This document shows, one piece after another, positions 41,101-53,991 of a DNA stretch of 64,000 bases. Under the pieces are notes generated by a model, which was not told the DNA's origin, made no database searches, and saw only the letters and a list, made by a program, of their open reading frames with translations. The position numbers and the translations under genes were made by a program. The number at the start of each line of letters is the position of its first letter. Position 1 is the stretch's first letter. This DNA is from Utricularia gibba (Eukaryota > Plantae > Magnoliophyta): NCBI GenBank assembly GCA_002189035.1, contig NEEC01000009.1:2232001-2296000 (forward strand), given 5' to 3'.

Positions 41101-41595
41101 TAGACTGGTATTAGAAGTCAGGAGCAATCCCAGATTGCACAAGAGCGCATCTGTAAGTGATACATTGTCAGCATTTATCTGATACAGACTGAGATCGGTG
41201 TCCAGAGCATGTGATGAGAGGTTAATTTTGCGTGATGAAAACTTGCAGCAACATGTATTTAGACAGTTCATGGGGGAAACAACCTGCAGGGACTGTTGTG
41301 CTTTTGTGCTTTGGCTTGTCTTGACATCAATCAAGGATGTGCGTTTGGTGGTTGTAAGCTGGGTAAGAAAGAGAAATAGGCACATTAGTTGGGGTTTGGT
41401 TATCATTATTTAAAGAGTAAAAAGGGAAAACCTTGGCTGTTGCATTGATGAAATGTCTATGTGAATTTAAAAAAAGTTTTATTATTATTTTTTGTCTTGA
41501 GATGAGCAGTATTTATTACCGTAGCTTCTTCTTCGGACAACCAGAAGAAGAAGAGAATATTCATTCATCTGGGAAAGGAGGAAGAAAGTGGTCTC

Positions 41596-42473
41596 ATGGA
41601 CTGGAGCGGTGGCCTGAGGTTCCCCTTCATTCCTCGCCAGGAGAGTTCTTTCAGCTTCATGTGTAACTACAACTACGATCAGATTCCAGGTAATGATGCC
41701 TGTAACGCTTTCATTTCTCATTGTGTTGAGCCACCTACCTTTGTCTGATGATGCATTTGAGGGCTTTCTGTTACCAGTGTTGGAAATGAAGCAGCAGTCG
41801 ATGCATCAAGGGATGTTGCCGGGGTTGATGGACAAGGGCGGCGCTGCGGCGGTGAACATGAGCTACGGCGGGGATCCGAAAAAGAAACGCTTGAGCAATG
41901 AGCAGCTCGAGCTGCTGGAAAACAGTTTCCAGGAAGAGATCAAGCTGGACCCTGATCGGAAATTGAAGCTGTCGAAGGAGCTCGGCTTGCAGCCGAGGCA
42001 AATCGCGGTCTGGTTTCAAAACCGCCGCGCACGGTGGAAGGGGAAGCAGCTAGAACGCCTGTACGATGCACTGAAGCAAGAGTACGACTCCGTTTTGAGG
42101 GAAAAACAGAAGCTTCAGCAGGAGGTATTACATCATTCATGATCTTTCTTAGGGCTGCTTCCCATTTTAGGGTTTTGTTTTTTAATTAAGTATCCATCGA
42201 TCCTTGCAGGTTATGGCATTGAGAGCAATGCTAAAGGAGCAACTAGCAAAGAAGCAAGTCTCCGGTGGGCACACGGATCAGGTTTCCGGGGAGGAGACGG
42301 TGGAGAGCACATCGATTCCGAGCTCGGAGAAGCTGCTCGTGGAGACCCAAATTCCGGAATGCAACAATTACACGCTGAACGTGGAGGACTACAACGGCGG
42401 CGGGTTGATGATGCCGGCGGCGTACTGGCCACCGCCGCAGCTGCCTAGAGAAGTGGTTAACGGTGATTATTAG
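41596..42473 (+). CDS. LMI1: HD-Zip I transcription factor, LMI1/ATHB51/ATHB22 clade; exons 41596-41689, 41778-42124, 42210-42473
   Basis: [54 protein letters not shown] plus leucine zipper; MDWSG start and VSGEETVES tail typical of the clade. Confidence 0.85.
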
Positions 42474-43017
42474 TTTAATTTGATGTTTATATGGTTTAAA
42501 GACCTATGCTAATCTAGGGTTTTCTAGCTAGGTCAACAGCCTAACAATGTTATTGTCCTTTTAGAAGAAGCCAACTGTTTCAGCTAACGTTCATTAAGTG
42601 GGGAACTTAGCCTCATCATCATCACTGCCCTTGCAATGCTTATCCAAAATTAGCCACACTCGTTTTTTCAAATAAACTGTACGGCCGGACTTTATGGGCC
42701 CACTACAAGGCCAGCCCTCGTGACACTGTAGTTACCGATGGTGAGATAATGTAATTAAAATGGAAAGAACATAAAATCGTAAAAATTAAAAATTAAATAT
42801 TTGATTAATATGTATGGATCGTAACTGGACCCAAGATGATAACCTTTTAGGAATTGGGCCTTGCCCCCAGATGTGTGAATAGTGGTATGGGCTGGGCCCA
42901 GATCTCCAACACCAGTCGGTTACATGAACAGACAACTTATTCCTTGAGAAAGAAGAACAAGGACAGGTACAGTGCTGGGGGCATTCCGTTATGGGGAACT
43001 GAAATGGGAGGATTCAT

Positions 43018-44016
43018 TCAACGGTCACGGTCGCTCCGCGCCAGCCGGACCCGGCCGATTCCGGGTTCACCCAGTTCGTTCTCGCCGGGACCCATCTCCA
43101 AGACCACGCTTTCGTCTACTGCCTGCTTCTTCTCTTGGTCTTCGCTTGCTTGGTGAGGCATGAGTGTTCCTTTGATCGCATCTTTTACACCTCCGAGCCC
43201 ACCCATGATTCCGCCGCCGCCCGTCGCCTCACTGGAAGCCCTGGTGAGAATCGGTACGAATGCGAAATGTTTGTAGGTTTGAGGTGGCTATTATTCAGTA
43301 CCTTTGTTCTCGAAGATTGCTGTCTTCCATTTTTCTGGTTGCTTCATCCTTCGTCTCCTCGTACTTCCCCTGTAATTGCAAATGCTTGTACTATGAAAAT
43401 GGTGATTCGCGGCTACAAGAAGATAAAAGGCAGAGCTTTAATGATGGCTGACCTTTACTTCATCTTTAGCCTGCTCTGTTTTCTCCCCTGCGGCTTTCTC
43501 CGTCTCCTCTTTCTTCCCGGTTAAAAAATCCACAGCCCTTCTCGCGGCGTCAGAAGCTGTGTCCTTTATCTCTGAAACCTTGCCCATTGTCGCATCTTTA
43601 CCTTCTTCTGCCTTCCCCGACGTGTAATCTTTGTACTCCCCTGCCTTCTCCATTGTGGCATCTTTACCCTCTTTCGCTTTCTCCGCCGCGCAATCTTTGT
43701 ACTCACCTGCTTTCTCCATCGTTGCACCCTTCCCCTGTTCCGCCATCTCCTCCGCGGAGCCTTCGTACTCTCCAACCTTCTCCGCTGCAGAGTCTTTAGT
43801 TTCTCTGGTTTTCTCTGCGGCGTCGTGAGACTTTCCGATCACCGCTTCCTTGGCATGCTCCATGGTTTGCTGAGCTGATTTCATCACGGTTTCAGCCATC
43901 CCCGGAACCCTCCTCTCCTCCTCCTCCCTGGACCTTCTTTCCCTGTTGACGTCCGACAGCTCCTCCGCCGCCGAGCGCGCCGCCACCTCAGCTCTCTCTT
44001 CTTTACTGGAAGCCAT
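43018..44016 (-). CDS. Late embryogenesis abundant protein, group 3 (ECP63-like); exons 44016-43453, 43369-43302, 43240-43018
   Basis: MASSKEERAEVAARSAAEELSDVN start, repeated EKAGEYKD..AEKAKEGKDATM units, tail GGVKDAIKGTL; exon phases 0 and 2 consistent. Confidence 0.88.
43570..43800 (-). repeat. Imperfect 66-bp (22-aa) tandem repeats in the LEA coding region
   Basis: About three copies of EK(A/V)GEY(K/E)D/G..EKA.EGK.ATM. Confidence 0.75.
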
Positions 44017-44143
44017 TTTTCTCCCGAAACAACAACTGCGTGAAATTGTAGATGAAGAACGAGCATTATATCAGGGATGGACTCCAGCATTCGGAGGACA
44101 GGTGTCCTGTGGAAACGAATTTGTTCGACTTCGCAAGAAGCAT

Positions 44144-44171
44144 CCACGTGTTGTCCGAATTACTACGTGGC
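44144..44171. promoter_or_regulatory. Paired ABREs upstream of the LEA gene
   Basis: CCACGTGT 44144-44151 and TACGTGGC 44164-44171, about 130-155 bp upstream of the LEA ATG. Confidence 0.7.
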
Positions 44172-44450
44172 AACGCCATGTTAGAAGCTTTGGTTTCTGG
44201 TTTATCCAGTTTCTTCTCGATGCATCAGGAAACTAATCATAACAAAAAAAAAAAAAAGATGCAGCTTTGGGAGTTAAGAAATGAACAGCAGTTAGAGGAA
44301 GTGATTTTTCTCTCCGGCGGCGGCGCTCCAACCACACTACAAGTAGTAATGCAAAAGAGAAGAAGGGAATTTCCTAGGTCATGCTTGTGACGCAGCCGAA
44401 CCAAAAACTGACCGGCTTGATGGTTGAACCAGGAAGAGAACCTCTGCTTA

Positions 44451-47057
44451 TTATTGCATTAGAAGGTGGAAAGCTTCGTTGCAGTTCTCTATTCGGCATT
44501 CGTACCCCAGAGCATCGGCGCGCTCCCGGAACTCGTGCATCTCCGCCTCCGCAACTTGGATGCCGACGAGCACATTTGCACCCGTGTCTCCCTGCAATCA
44601 GTCATTAGCAGTCACTACAGCGAAGTACTGGAAGTGTTCTAGCTTGATGACGGATGTTTCAACCTGTCCACGGTAGTGAAATAGTGTTATATTCCAGCGG
44701 GGGCTCAATGCATCCAAGAACTTCATCAGAGCGCCTGGCCTCTCAGGGAATACGAACCGGCAAAGAAGTTCATCCTTCACGTATGATCTTCCACCCATCT
44801 GAAAAAAACACACCAAACACAACTTGCATTATTCATCTAGGAATCCAAAAGATCAACTAGAATTGAAATCAGACAACCATGACAAAATATTCAGATTCAA
44901 AAAGCTCACCAGATGTCGCAAATGATCTTTCACCAAGTCATTTTCTGTATGATCCATGGTCTCTAGCCCAGCAGATTGCATTCTCGTGATCATCTCGTTA
45001 AGTTCATATTCTGTGTGAAGGCCAACGCTTATACACAGAGAGGGAGCCATATCAACGTGGATTGCTAAGGATACTTCAGAATTAAAGAGCAAACATTAGA
45101 TTAAAGAAAAATCTCCCTCACCTGTACAATACCAAGGCCTTTCCTTTATCTTGGTTATATCTGTATTTAAACTCAGTGATATTCATAGGCCCTACCTGCA
45201 ACAAAGGCATATATTATATCAGAAGGTTTCTGTGATAAATGGAAGGAACAGAATGTGATAGCGCTTACAAGCTCACAGAATCTTTTAAAGCTACCACGCT
45301 CCTCTGGCATGTAAGTTGCAAGCACAGCTTCACGACGCCGGCCGACATCCGCCAGTTCAGTTACCAATCTCAGTCTATCGAAGTTCATGTTAGCTCCAGA
45401 TGTCACAGCAACTATATTTTTACCCTTGATACCGTAGTATTTGCAGTATGCTTCAGCCCCAGATAATGCAAGAGCTCCTGCTGGCTCCAAAATGCTCCTT
45501 TTCTCTTCGAACATATCCTGCACCACATATATAACAAGCACTGACTACACATAGCAAGCTAGAAACATAAAGAACTAGGTAATTCATGTCAGCATTAAAA
45601 ACATCCCTCCCTCTATATCTCTCCCTTCTAGTATTGTGATCCTGGCCTAGAAGGCAGATGGTTGAACTAGGAGGAATATGTGGATTATTACAAAGTGGTA
45701 AAGAATGAATTTTTGTATGAAGCAGTGGTCCTGATAGATGCAACGTCATAAAGGCTCATCATAGAAAAAAAACCAACCTTGATTGAAGCACAAATAGCAT
45801 CACGGCTAACCAGAACCACACCATCTAATAGTTCCCTGCAGAGGCGAAACGTTTCCTCTCCGACCACCCTAACTGCTACACCATCAGCAAAACCTCCAAC
45901 TTGGCTCAACACAACACGTTGGTCATGATGCAGTGACAAAGCCATTGCATTCGCATCAAAAGGTTCTACGCCAATAATCTTCACTTCTGGACGGACCCTT
46001 TTCACATAGGCTGCAATACCGGCCACGAGCCCGCCGCCACCAACCGGCACAAATATTGCTTCCGTTGACTCTTTCATCTGTTTCAATATCTCCATGCCAA
46101 CAGTTCCCTGACCTGCAATTATATCGGGGTGATCAAACGGAGGAATAAACGTGCGTCCATCCTCTAGAGCCCTGTTCTTGGCATATGCTTGTGCTTCGTC
46201 ATATGAATCCCCTATGAGGACGACAGTAGCTCCCAACCTTTCAACAGATCTCCACTGCCAGCGTTAATCAAATGGAAACGTTAAGAGAAAGATGACTAAT
46301 GAGGATAAACAAAGAGAACAACATAGACATTTTTTTTAAGAAAACCTTAATCTCCGGTGTCGTTACAGGCATGGCAATGACAGCATCGCATTTCAATTTT
46401 CGTGCTGACAATGCAACACCTTGAGCATGATTTCCAGCGGATGAACAAATAACACCCCTTTTTAGCTGCTCCTCTGGAAGCTTTATCATCATATTATAAG
46501 CACCTCGAAGTTTGAATGAGAACACCTGAAAGCATAATGAGAAACAATTTGATGCCAACTTAGTAAAAAATGCGAACCGAGTCGCCAAGAGAAACTTAAG
46601 TATCTCGTCACCCAATGCAAATTGGTCACTCAATAAAACTACACAATAACCCACATACCGGCTGAAGATCCTCCCTTTTCAGCCACACATTGACTCCCAG
46701 TCTCTCCGTCAGCTTCGCAGCGAGCTCCAATGGAGACTCATGAGCCACATCATACACCTTCGACCCCAGAATGCTTGTCAAATACTGCATTTCGTTCAGC
46801 AACCCGTCACCCACCAACCCATTCCCCAAATTCATATTTGGCACCAAACACCCACTTTCAGGCTGGAGCGAACTCGGAGAAACCGTCAGCAGCGGCAACG
46901 TTGCCGGCGGCGAGATCCTCGTAATCTTGGGCAAAACTTCTGCACCTGTTCCCGGGAAGGCGCCAATGACGAAAGGCTCTCTTCGGCAGCGGCCGGCGTA
47001 ATCGAATCGAAATCGCCAACATTGCGGCTGCGCGGCGAAATGCAGAGCTCCTGCCAT
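44451..47057 (-). CDS. OMR1: Biosynthetic threonine deaminase, plastid-targeted, 8 exons
   Basis: [47 protein letters not shown], two ACT-type domains (FPERPGAL), ends AFHLLMQ. Confidence 0.95.
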
Positions 47058-47909
47058 TTCGAAATGTTTCGCTTCCGGACAAACGGTTAGCCCAATTCGG
47101 CGTGTCCCTGCCTCCCTGCATAGCCGTCTTTCTTGATATCCGCAAGACGGGGTGGCCTTTTTTTGGAAGAATAATCAAAACTTTTAATTAAATCGAAAAA
47201 TTAATTTAATTTATTTAAATATTATTTTTTAAAAAATATTAAAACATAGTTAAATATCATTAAACTCAATTCAAATTATCATAATTCAATATAAATTCAT
47301 AATTAAACTGAATAATTAGTATAGCCATAATTGAATATTCAATTTCCTAAAATTTAGAAAAAAATTGATGATTTGTTCAATTGATTGAATTGAATATTAT
47401 AAAAAATGACTAAATAATATTCGATTGTATTACAAATTTAAGCATATTTGATGAAATATATGAAAAAAATGATTATCTTAAAAAAAAATTTACTAATATT
47501 TTACATAAAGTATGAGGATGATCATTTTTTTAAATAATTCGTTTTTTTATGACAAAATGTCCAAGACAAGAGTGATCTTAGGCTTTTCCCATATCCTTTG
47601 CACTAAGCACTACCAAAAAGGCACTGGAATAGCAACTTTTTGATGTCATCTCCATCCCTGCACATCGCTTGATGTCATGGTGATCATGATCGCAACCAGT
47701 GTGGCCAATGCATCATCATTCAGGAGGTTTCCATGTTTGGGAAGCCGGAGATCGCTGCTTTCAGGTCGCAATTGACTTTATCAGAATCCCCAGCAGCTGC
47801 GCTTGGAAGGATTGTGAGACAATCCATCATCATGTAAAGAGAAATGGGCGACGACCAAATGCCACTCCCTCTTGCTTTCCTGCGACGTCAATCCTGGAAA
47901 TAAATTTCA

Positions 47910-49499
47910 ATGATGTTCAGACTCAGAACACCGATGGCTGCATCTTCTAAAGCAAACGCTTTCTTGTGGCTTACTGCTTCCACAATTCTTGTTTTCTCTT
48001 GTGTGGTATCCCAGCAAACCGCTGCCGGAATTGAGGTTTTGGGAGCTGTGAGGAAGATTGGGAGGGAGGGGGGTTTCTTTTCTAAAGGCCATCATCGCCG
48101 TCATCATCGGAGAAGCTCCTGTGACGGAGGCCTGAGGAACTCCAGCCTCGTCGGAGTTTACAATGTTAGCGTCGTGCTGACGGTGGATGCGAAGGGGTGC
48201 GGGGATTTCAGCAGCGTTCAAAGCGCAGTGGATGCCGTTGCTGACTTCAGTGGCTCATGGACGCTCATTGCGGTTGATTATGGCACGTATAGGTACAATT
48301 CCGGCATGGGTCTGTGTCTGTGTGCAAACCAAATCGTGTGATTTTCCTTTCTTTTTTTTTCTTAAATCCACTTTCAGGGAAAAGGTGGTGGTGAATCCGA
48401 ACAAGACGAAGCTTATACTGCAGGGGCAGGGGTATCCCAACACCGCCGTGTCCTGGAACGACACCGCGAATTCAACCGGAGGGACAGGCCGTTCGGCAAC
48501 TTTCGCGGTGTTTGCTAAAGATTTCGTAGCATACAACATTAGTTTCATGGTACGCATATCTCTGCATAGTCCTCACAGCTTTTATCCACAAACTGAACCT
48601 CATGATACATATACATCGGGAAAAAGAACACCGCTCCGGCGCCGGACCCTGGAGTCAACGGCGGCCAGGCGATAGCCCTGAAAGTGTCCGGCGACCATTC
48701 TGCCTTCTACGGCTGCGGAGTGTATGGCTCCCAGGACACCCTTAATGATGATCATGGTCGCCACTATTATAGCCAGTGCTTCATTCAGGGCTCCATAGAC
48801 TTCATTTTCGGAAATGGGAGATCAATATTTGAGGTAACGTGCACTGTTTGGTTATTTTCAACAAGATTGGAAGCAAATTTGTCCGAAAGTAAAATTATCT
48901 ACTTTCTTTTCACCTTCAGAACTGCACGATCAACTCCACCGCCAAGCAAAGCTCTTCATGGGGAGTCACCGGCAGCATCGCCGCCCAAGGCCGCCCCTCG
49001 CCGGATCCGACAACCGGCTTCTCCTTCGTGAACTGCCGAGTCGGAGGCACCGGGAAAGTATGGCTCGGCCGAGCATGGGGTAACTATTCGACGGTTATTT
49101 TCGCTAGAACCTACATGGAGGATGTCGTCGCAAGCGATGGATGGAACGACATGGACACCAGCACCAGAGACCTGTTCGTGTCTGAACAAAACACCTTACA
49201 CATCACCACCCACACACGCTCTGAAAGCTTCTTCTTACACTTGATGATCCTGTTCCTTTTGTTCATCTCGTGATAGAACCGTTACCTTCGGAGAATACCA
49301 ATGTTCCGGTCCGGGATCGAACATGGCCGGTCGGGTCGGGTATGCCAAGGAAATGACATCCAGTGAAGTAGCTCAATATCTCGATGTCTCCTTCATCGAC
49401 GGCGAGGAGTGGCTCGTCCCCAAATCCGGCCCCAGAAATGATCTGCAGACCGTGGCGGCGATCGGAAGAAATCCATCTACGCCGCTTGATTCCATGTAA
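47910..49499 (+). CDS. Pectin methylesterase without PMEI pro-domain; exons 47910-48292, 48378-48549, 48627-48833, 48920-49173, 49277-49499
   Basis: [61 protein letters not shown]. Confidence 0.93.
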
Positions 49500-50044
49500 T
49501 AAACAAACATATAGTGTCTTAACTGATACTCAGTAATACAAAAATATCTAAATATGTATTTGTTATGTCATATCCAATAGAAAATATTATGTGATTAAAA
49601 TAAAAAGTTTATTTGATACATATTTTTTCTATATACATATTTAAAATAATATTATGTTATATATATATATATATGTATTATATTTATTTAAAATAAATAA
49701 TTTATAATTTAAATTTCATTTTTTAGTTGAATTTTGAAATACCCATCTTATAATATTTTATAAAATACTCGTGAAATCAGCTTACCAAATATACAATATT
49801 ATCAACAATAAGGATAGCTAAACACTAACACCAATCTCACAATCACCCCATGAAATATTGTTATTAGAATCTGATATCTCTAAATACTAAAAAAATATTG
49901 AAATATAATTTCATTATAATTACAATTAATCAATTAGACATATATCCATTATATCTACCGTACAAATCAATGATTTCAGGGTTGTGATTTTACAGGTTAC
50001 CATTTCAGATAGGAAGCAATTCTTTTTTTTTTTTGTAAAAGTTT

Positions 50045-50617
50045 GGATAATGATAAATATCTAAAACTTCAGGATAAATTTGATTTAGGTTCTTCCAATT
50101 TGTAGAAAAGTGGGAGATATTATGTAAATATCTTAGACCTGTTTACGTCATTTCTGGAATAAAAGATGATGTGGATATGATTCACACTGTTTTGTCTTAA
50201 TTAAAGACGGAAGCAGGAGGAGAGAAGCGTAATTTAAATAATTTAATTCTCATTTTTAATTATTTGATTCATGGAAAATATCTGCGGCGTGGAATTTCCC
50301 GTTGGCTTCAGAGAAACCTTGGGCGTCAAGAATTTGATGTTTTATGTTGGAAAAACAATTTCGGATAATGACATTTTTTTTAAAAAAAAAGACAGAATGG
50401 AAAAAGTCGGCGGATAAGGAGGAATATTTACGGAAAATATCCTGGAAATTTGTAATGAGAAAATTCGGGAAATAATTGTAAAATGGATTAATTGATTACG
50501 AACGTGGCAGTTTTTGATTGGTTAATGCTTCACATGGACGGGAATTAGAGAAAATAATATTAATATTACTTAAGGGATAATAATTAATTAATATCAATCA
50601 TTATATTATCCGGATAA
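50045..50617. promoter_or_regulatory. GGATAA/TTATCC and evening-element cluster upstream of the CHY-RING gene
   Basis: GGATAA at 50045, 50072, 50363, 50412, 50575, palindrome TTATCCGGATAA 50606-50617; AAAATATCT 50275-50283; AAATATCT 50055 and 50126. Confidence 0.6.
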
Positions 50618-51044
50618 TTTATTTTTTCAGGAAAAAAAAAATAAAAATTGGGAGAGAAAAATCTCATCCGTTGCCGTCAAACCGAGCTTTTCTTTTTTGC
50701 TTTTGTTGTCGCGTTTCGGAATTTTCCTGCGGAAGCGGTGGCGTCAGCGTAAGCGGGGAGGGTGGATTGCTAAAGTATTCAGAGCGCTGGCGTGGAACCG
50801 CGTCATCGCACCCTGGCTTGGTTGACGAACGCACCCCGCAAATTCTAAAGGTAAAAAGAGAATACCTTGGGCGTGTTCCAAGCTGTTCCCCAACTCCCAC
50901 TGATTTCATACTTCTCCACGACTGTATATAAGCCCGGAGAACGTGCTCCACCTTTATCGCTCAACGCAAACAGTGTGTGTATTCGCTTGTATTGGATTGA
51001 ATTACACTTCTTCGTGTTCTGATTCGAGGAAAACCCAGAAAGAA

Positions 51045-52802
51045 ATGGGCTCTCTGGTGGAGAAATACGGGTATGTAGAGTGTGAGCTGCGTTTTTTCTT
51101 CCCAAAATCGGGTCTTTTCTTGAACTGGGGTTGTTGATTTTGTGGGGAAAATCTTGATTTTTCAGATGCCTACATTATCAGAGGAGGTGCAGGATTGTAG
51201 CACCCTGCTGCAATGAAATATTTGATTGCAGACACTGCCACAATGATGCCAAGGTTTGTCGTTGTCCTTTAAATTGATGAAAAACTGTAAAGATTCACTC
51301 TAACTTCATCTTGTAATACTTGAACAGAATTCTTTAACTGTGGATCCACTCTATAGGCATGACCTCCCTCGTCATGAAATTGAAAAGGTGAGCTTAATAT
51401 CTCATTCTTCCCTGTGATTTCTCATCGTTGATAAAATGATGATGGTGTGCTTATAAGAGACTGTGTTTGTTTCTGCCTTCAGATAATTTGCTCCCTGTGC
51501 AACACTGAACAAGATGTGAGTTCCAAGCTTTATATCACTGATGATTCTGAGAAGATTTTTTATGATATTGCTCTCTAAAGCTGTGATCTTCTTTCCCAAA
51601 TTTCAGGTGCAACAGATGTGCATCAATTGTGGAGTTTGCATGGGGAAGTACTATTGCTCGAAATGCAAGTTCTTCGATGATGATGTAAGATTCGTTCCAT
51701 TTCAGTAAGAATACCTTTAGCTCTTTTCTTGTTGTAAATCAATGCGATTCTCAATGCCAGGTTTCAAAGGATCAATATCACTGTGACAAATGCGGAATCT
51801 GCAGGTTCTTACCATTCTCTCTACGATATTTTCTGTGCTGATCTACTCTCTTGAGGCTATCAGCTATGAATCTAATATGCTCTTATTTTCTGTTTTATAG
51901 AAAGGGTGGAAAAGAAAACTTCTTCCACTGTGATCGATGCGGTAAGCCTTGCCATCAATAGATACTGATTAATCCCTTCGCTGAGTGATGCCAAAACTCT
52001 TCAGCTAACGTGCCACCACCCTTTGTGTCTCAGAATGCTGCTACTCGATCGCATTGAAGGATTCCCACGTGTGTATAGAGAGAGCTCTGCATCACAATTG
52101 TCCAGTGTGCTTCGAGGTAACTCATCGCAACACAGTGGGGTGGGATGTTCAATCTCTGGCTCCCTAGGCTTCACCTTCTCTTTTTTGATGCAGTATCTCT
52201 TTGATACAATGAGCGACGTCACAGTTCTATCATGCGGCCATACAATTCATCTTGATTGCCTCAAGGACATGGAGCACCATTTCCAGTAAGAAGCTTTCCC
52301 CTGCCGGTTACCAAAAATTGGTCAGAGCTTCTGTCAGAAATCACTTACACTTATGCTTGCAGGTATGCTTGTCCGGTGTGCTCGAAGTCATATTGCGACA
52401 TGACTCACGTCTGGGAGAAGCTCGACCAGGAGGTATATGAACGCCACCGTTTAAAACCATTACCTTAAACCATACTTATCCTCAGCACAGCTGCTGACGC
52501 CCCTGGTTATGTGTATTGGTGCTGCAGGTTGCCTCAACACCTATGCCACAGATGTATCAGAACAAAATGGTGAGAACCCATTTCCCCATTTCCACCACAC
52601 TACCTGCAAATACCCATTTTTTCGAGAAAAAACCACTGACTGGTGTTGCTGCTTGAAGGTGTGGATTCTTTGCAACGACTGTGGAGAAACAAGTGAAGTC
52701 AGTTTTCACTTCGTTGCTCACAAGTGCCTCCACTGCAACTCCTACAATACGAAGCAGACGAGGGGCGGCGGCACCGGGGGTCACAGAACATGCTCCTCCT
52801 GA
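51045..52802 (+). CDS. CHYR1: CHY zinc finger/RING-H2 E3 ubiquitin ligase (CHYR1/RZFP34, Pirh2 family), 11 exons
   Basis: [81 protein letters not shown]. Confidence 0.88.
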
Positions 52803-53296
52803 TCAACAAACAATGCATGTTAGAAATTGGTGGTTGTTCCCAGGCTTGTGTTCATCCAGTTGATGAAGAGGAAGTGAAGAGGAAGTCTGCTTTTGTAGCT
52901 GTCCAGTTATGTTAGCGTGTACGAGTGTAAAGTTTCCCATTATAGCACAGAAACAAGTATAATTTTGGAAGGAAAAATCTAATTGATCTCAATGTCGTTT
53001 TCTCGTATTTTTATTTAATATTATGAAATAATGATAATACTGGGATTTATTTAACAAATTGTTCCTGGCTGGATAAACCATATCCTCCTCCTGTGGTTGG
53101 CTGGAAACCACAGTTCGGCTTCTGGTGCGAATTACTTCGTCGGCTTTAGAAAGAGGTACTTACTTTATGAAGCTTTGCATTCATTCGCCATTGGGCGGGT
53201 GGTTTCTTTATGATGCCTGCAAGGTGTTCGGGAAAATGTCGCAGCGAAAGAACAAGGATTTATAAGTAACCTTTTGCGCAGTGATTGGGAGCAGCC

Positions 53297-53808
53297 ATGG
53301 AGGAGAGTGGAACTGCAGATCCGGTGAAAGTTTCCAAGGGTACTCTGATAACCGCCGCCGACGACGAAAATCTCAGGGAACTGTTTCGCCGAATCAAGAA
53401 TTCGAAAAAGACTGTAAGCAATTACCAATGAATTTAGCTGATCAAAAAAACATATTCTCTCTGTTGATGATGTTTTACACCGACTCCGATTGCAGACGGT
53501 TATCAACTATGGCGCATCTTGGTATGCTGTGTTTCTTCCTGTTCCTGGTTCTTCCCTGTCACCAACTTACCGTCTCCTGAATGGGCAGGTGCCGCGTCTG
53601 CAGCCAAATCCTGCCGGTTTTCCAGCGCCTGAGCGGCAGGTTTCCGGAGCTGGAATTCGTGTACGCCGACATCGACGAGTGCCCGGAGACGACACAGCAC
53701 ATTCGGTACACTCCCACTTTTCACTTCTACAGAGATGGAGAAAGGGTCGACGAGATGCTCGGCGCCGGAGAGCAACGCCTCCATGACCGCCTATGGCTGC
53801 ATTCCTGA
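53297..53808 (+). CDS. Atypical thioredoxin-like 3-3 (WCRVC active site), 3 exons
   Basis: MEESG...KNSKKT|TVINYGASW|CRVCSQILP...DIDECPETTQHIRYTPTFHFYRDGERVDEMLGAGEQRLHDRLWLHS. Confidence 0.88.
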
Positions 53809-53991
53809 TTAGACTCATTTGCAGCATGCACTCTTGAAATTTGAAACCTCAACTTTCGTTTCGACTTCCGATAAATGAACAAATGGTTGGGAACCAAAAG
53901 AAGGGAGCAAGTTAAATGAATAATGGAGTGAAAAGGCAAAAAAGAATCAAGACCGCCGGCTAAGCTTATTCAGTCGTCTGCGTTTTGATGA

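Noticed and set aside
40894-41406. 170-aa minus-strand ORF upstream of the LMI1-like gene
   Set aside because: No recognisable domain or coding-like composition; probably chance, though not excluded without RNA data
43302-43369. Suspected frameshift in LEA exon 2
   Set aside because: Recount shows five A; the exon is 68 nt and phases are consistent
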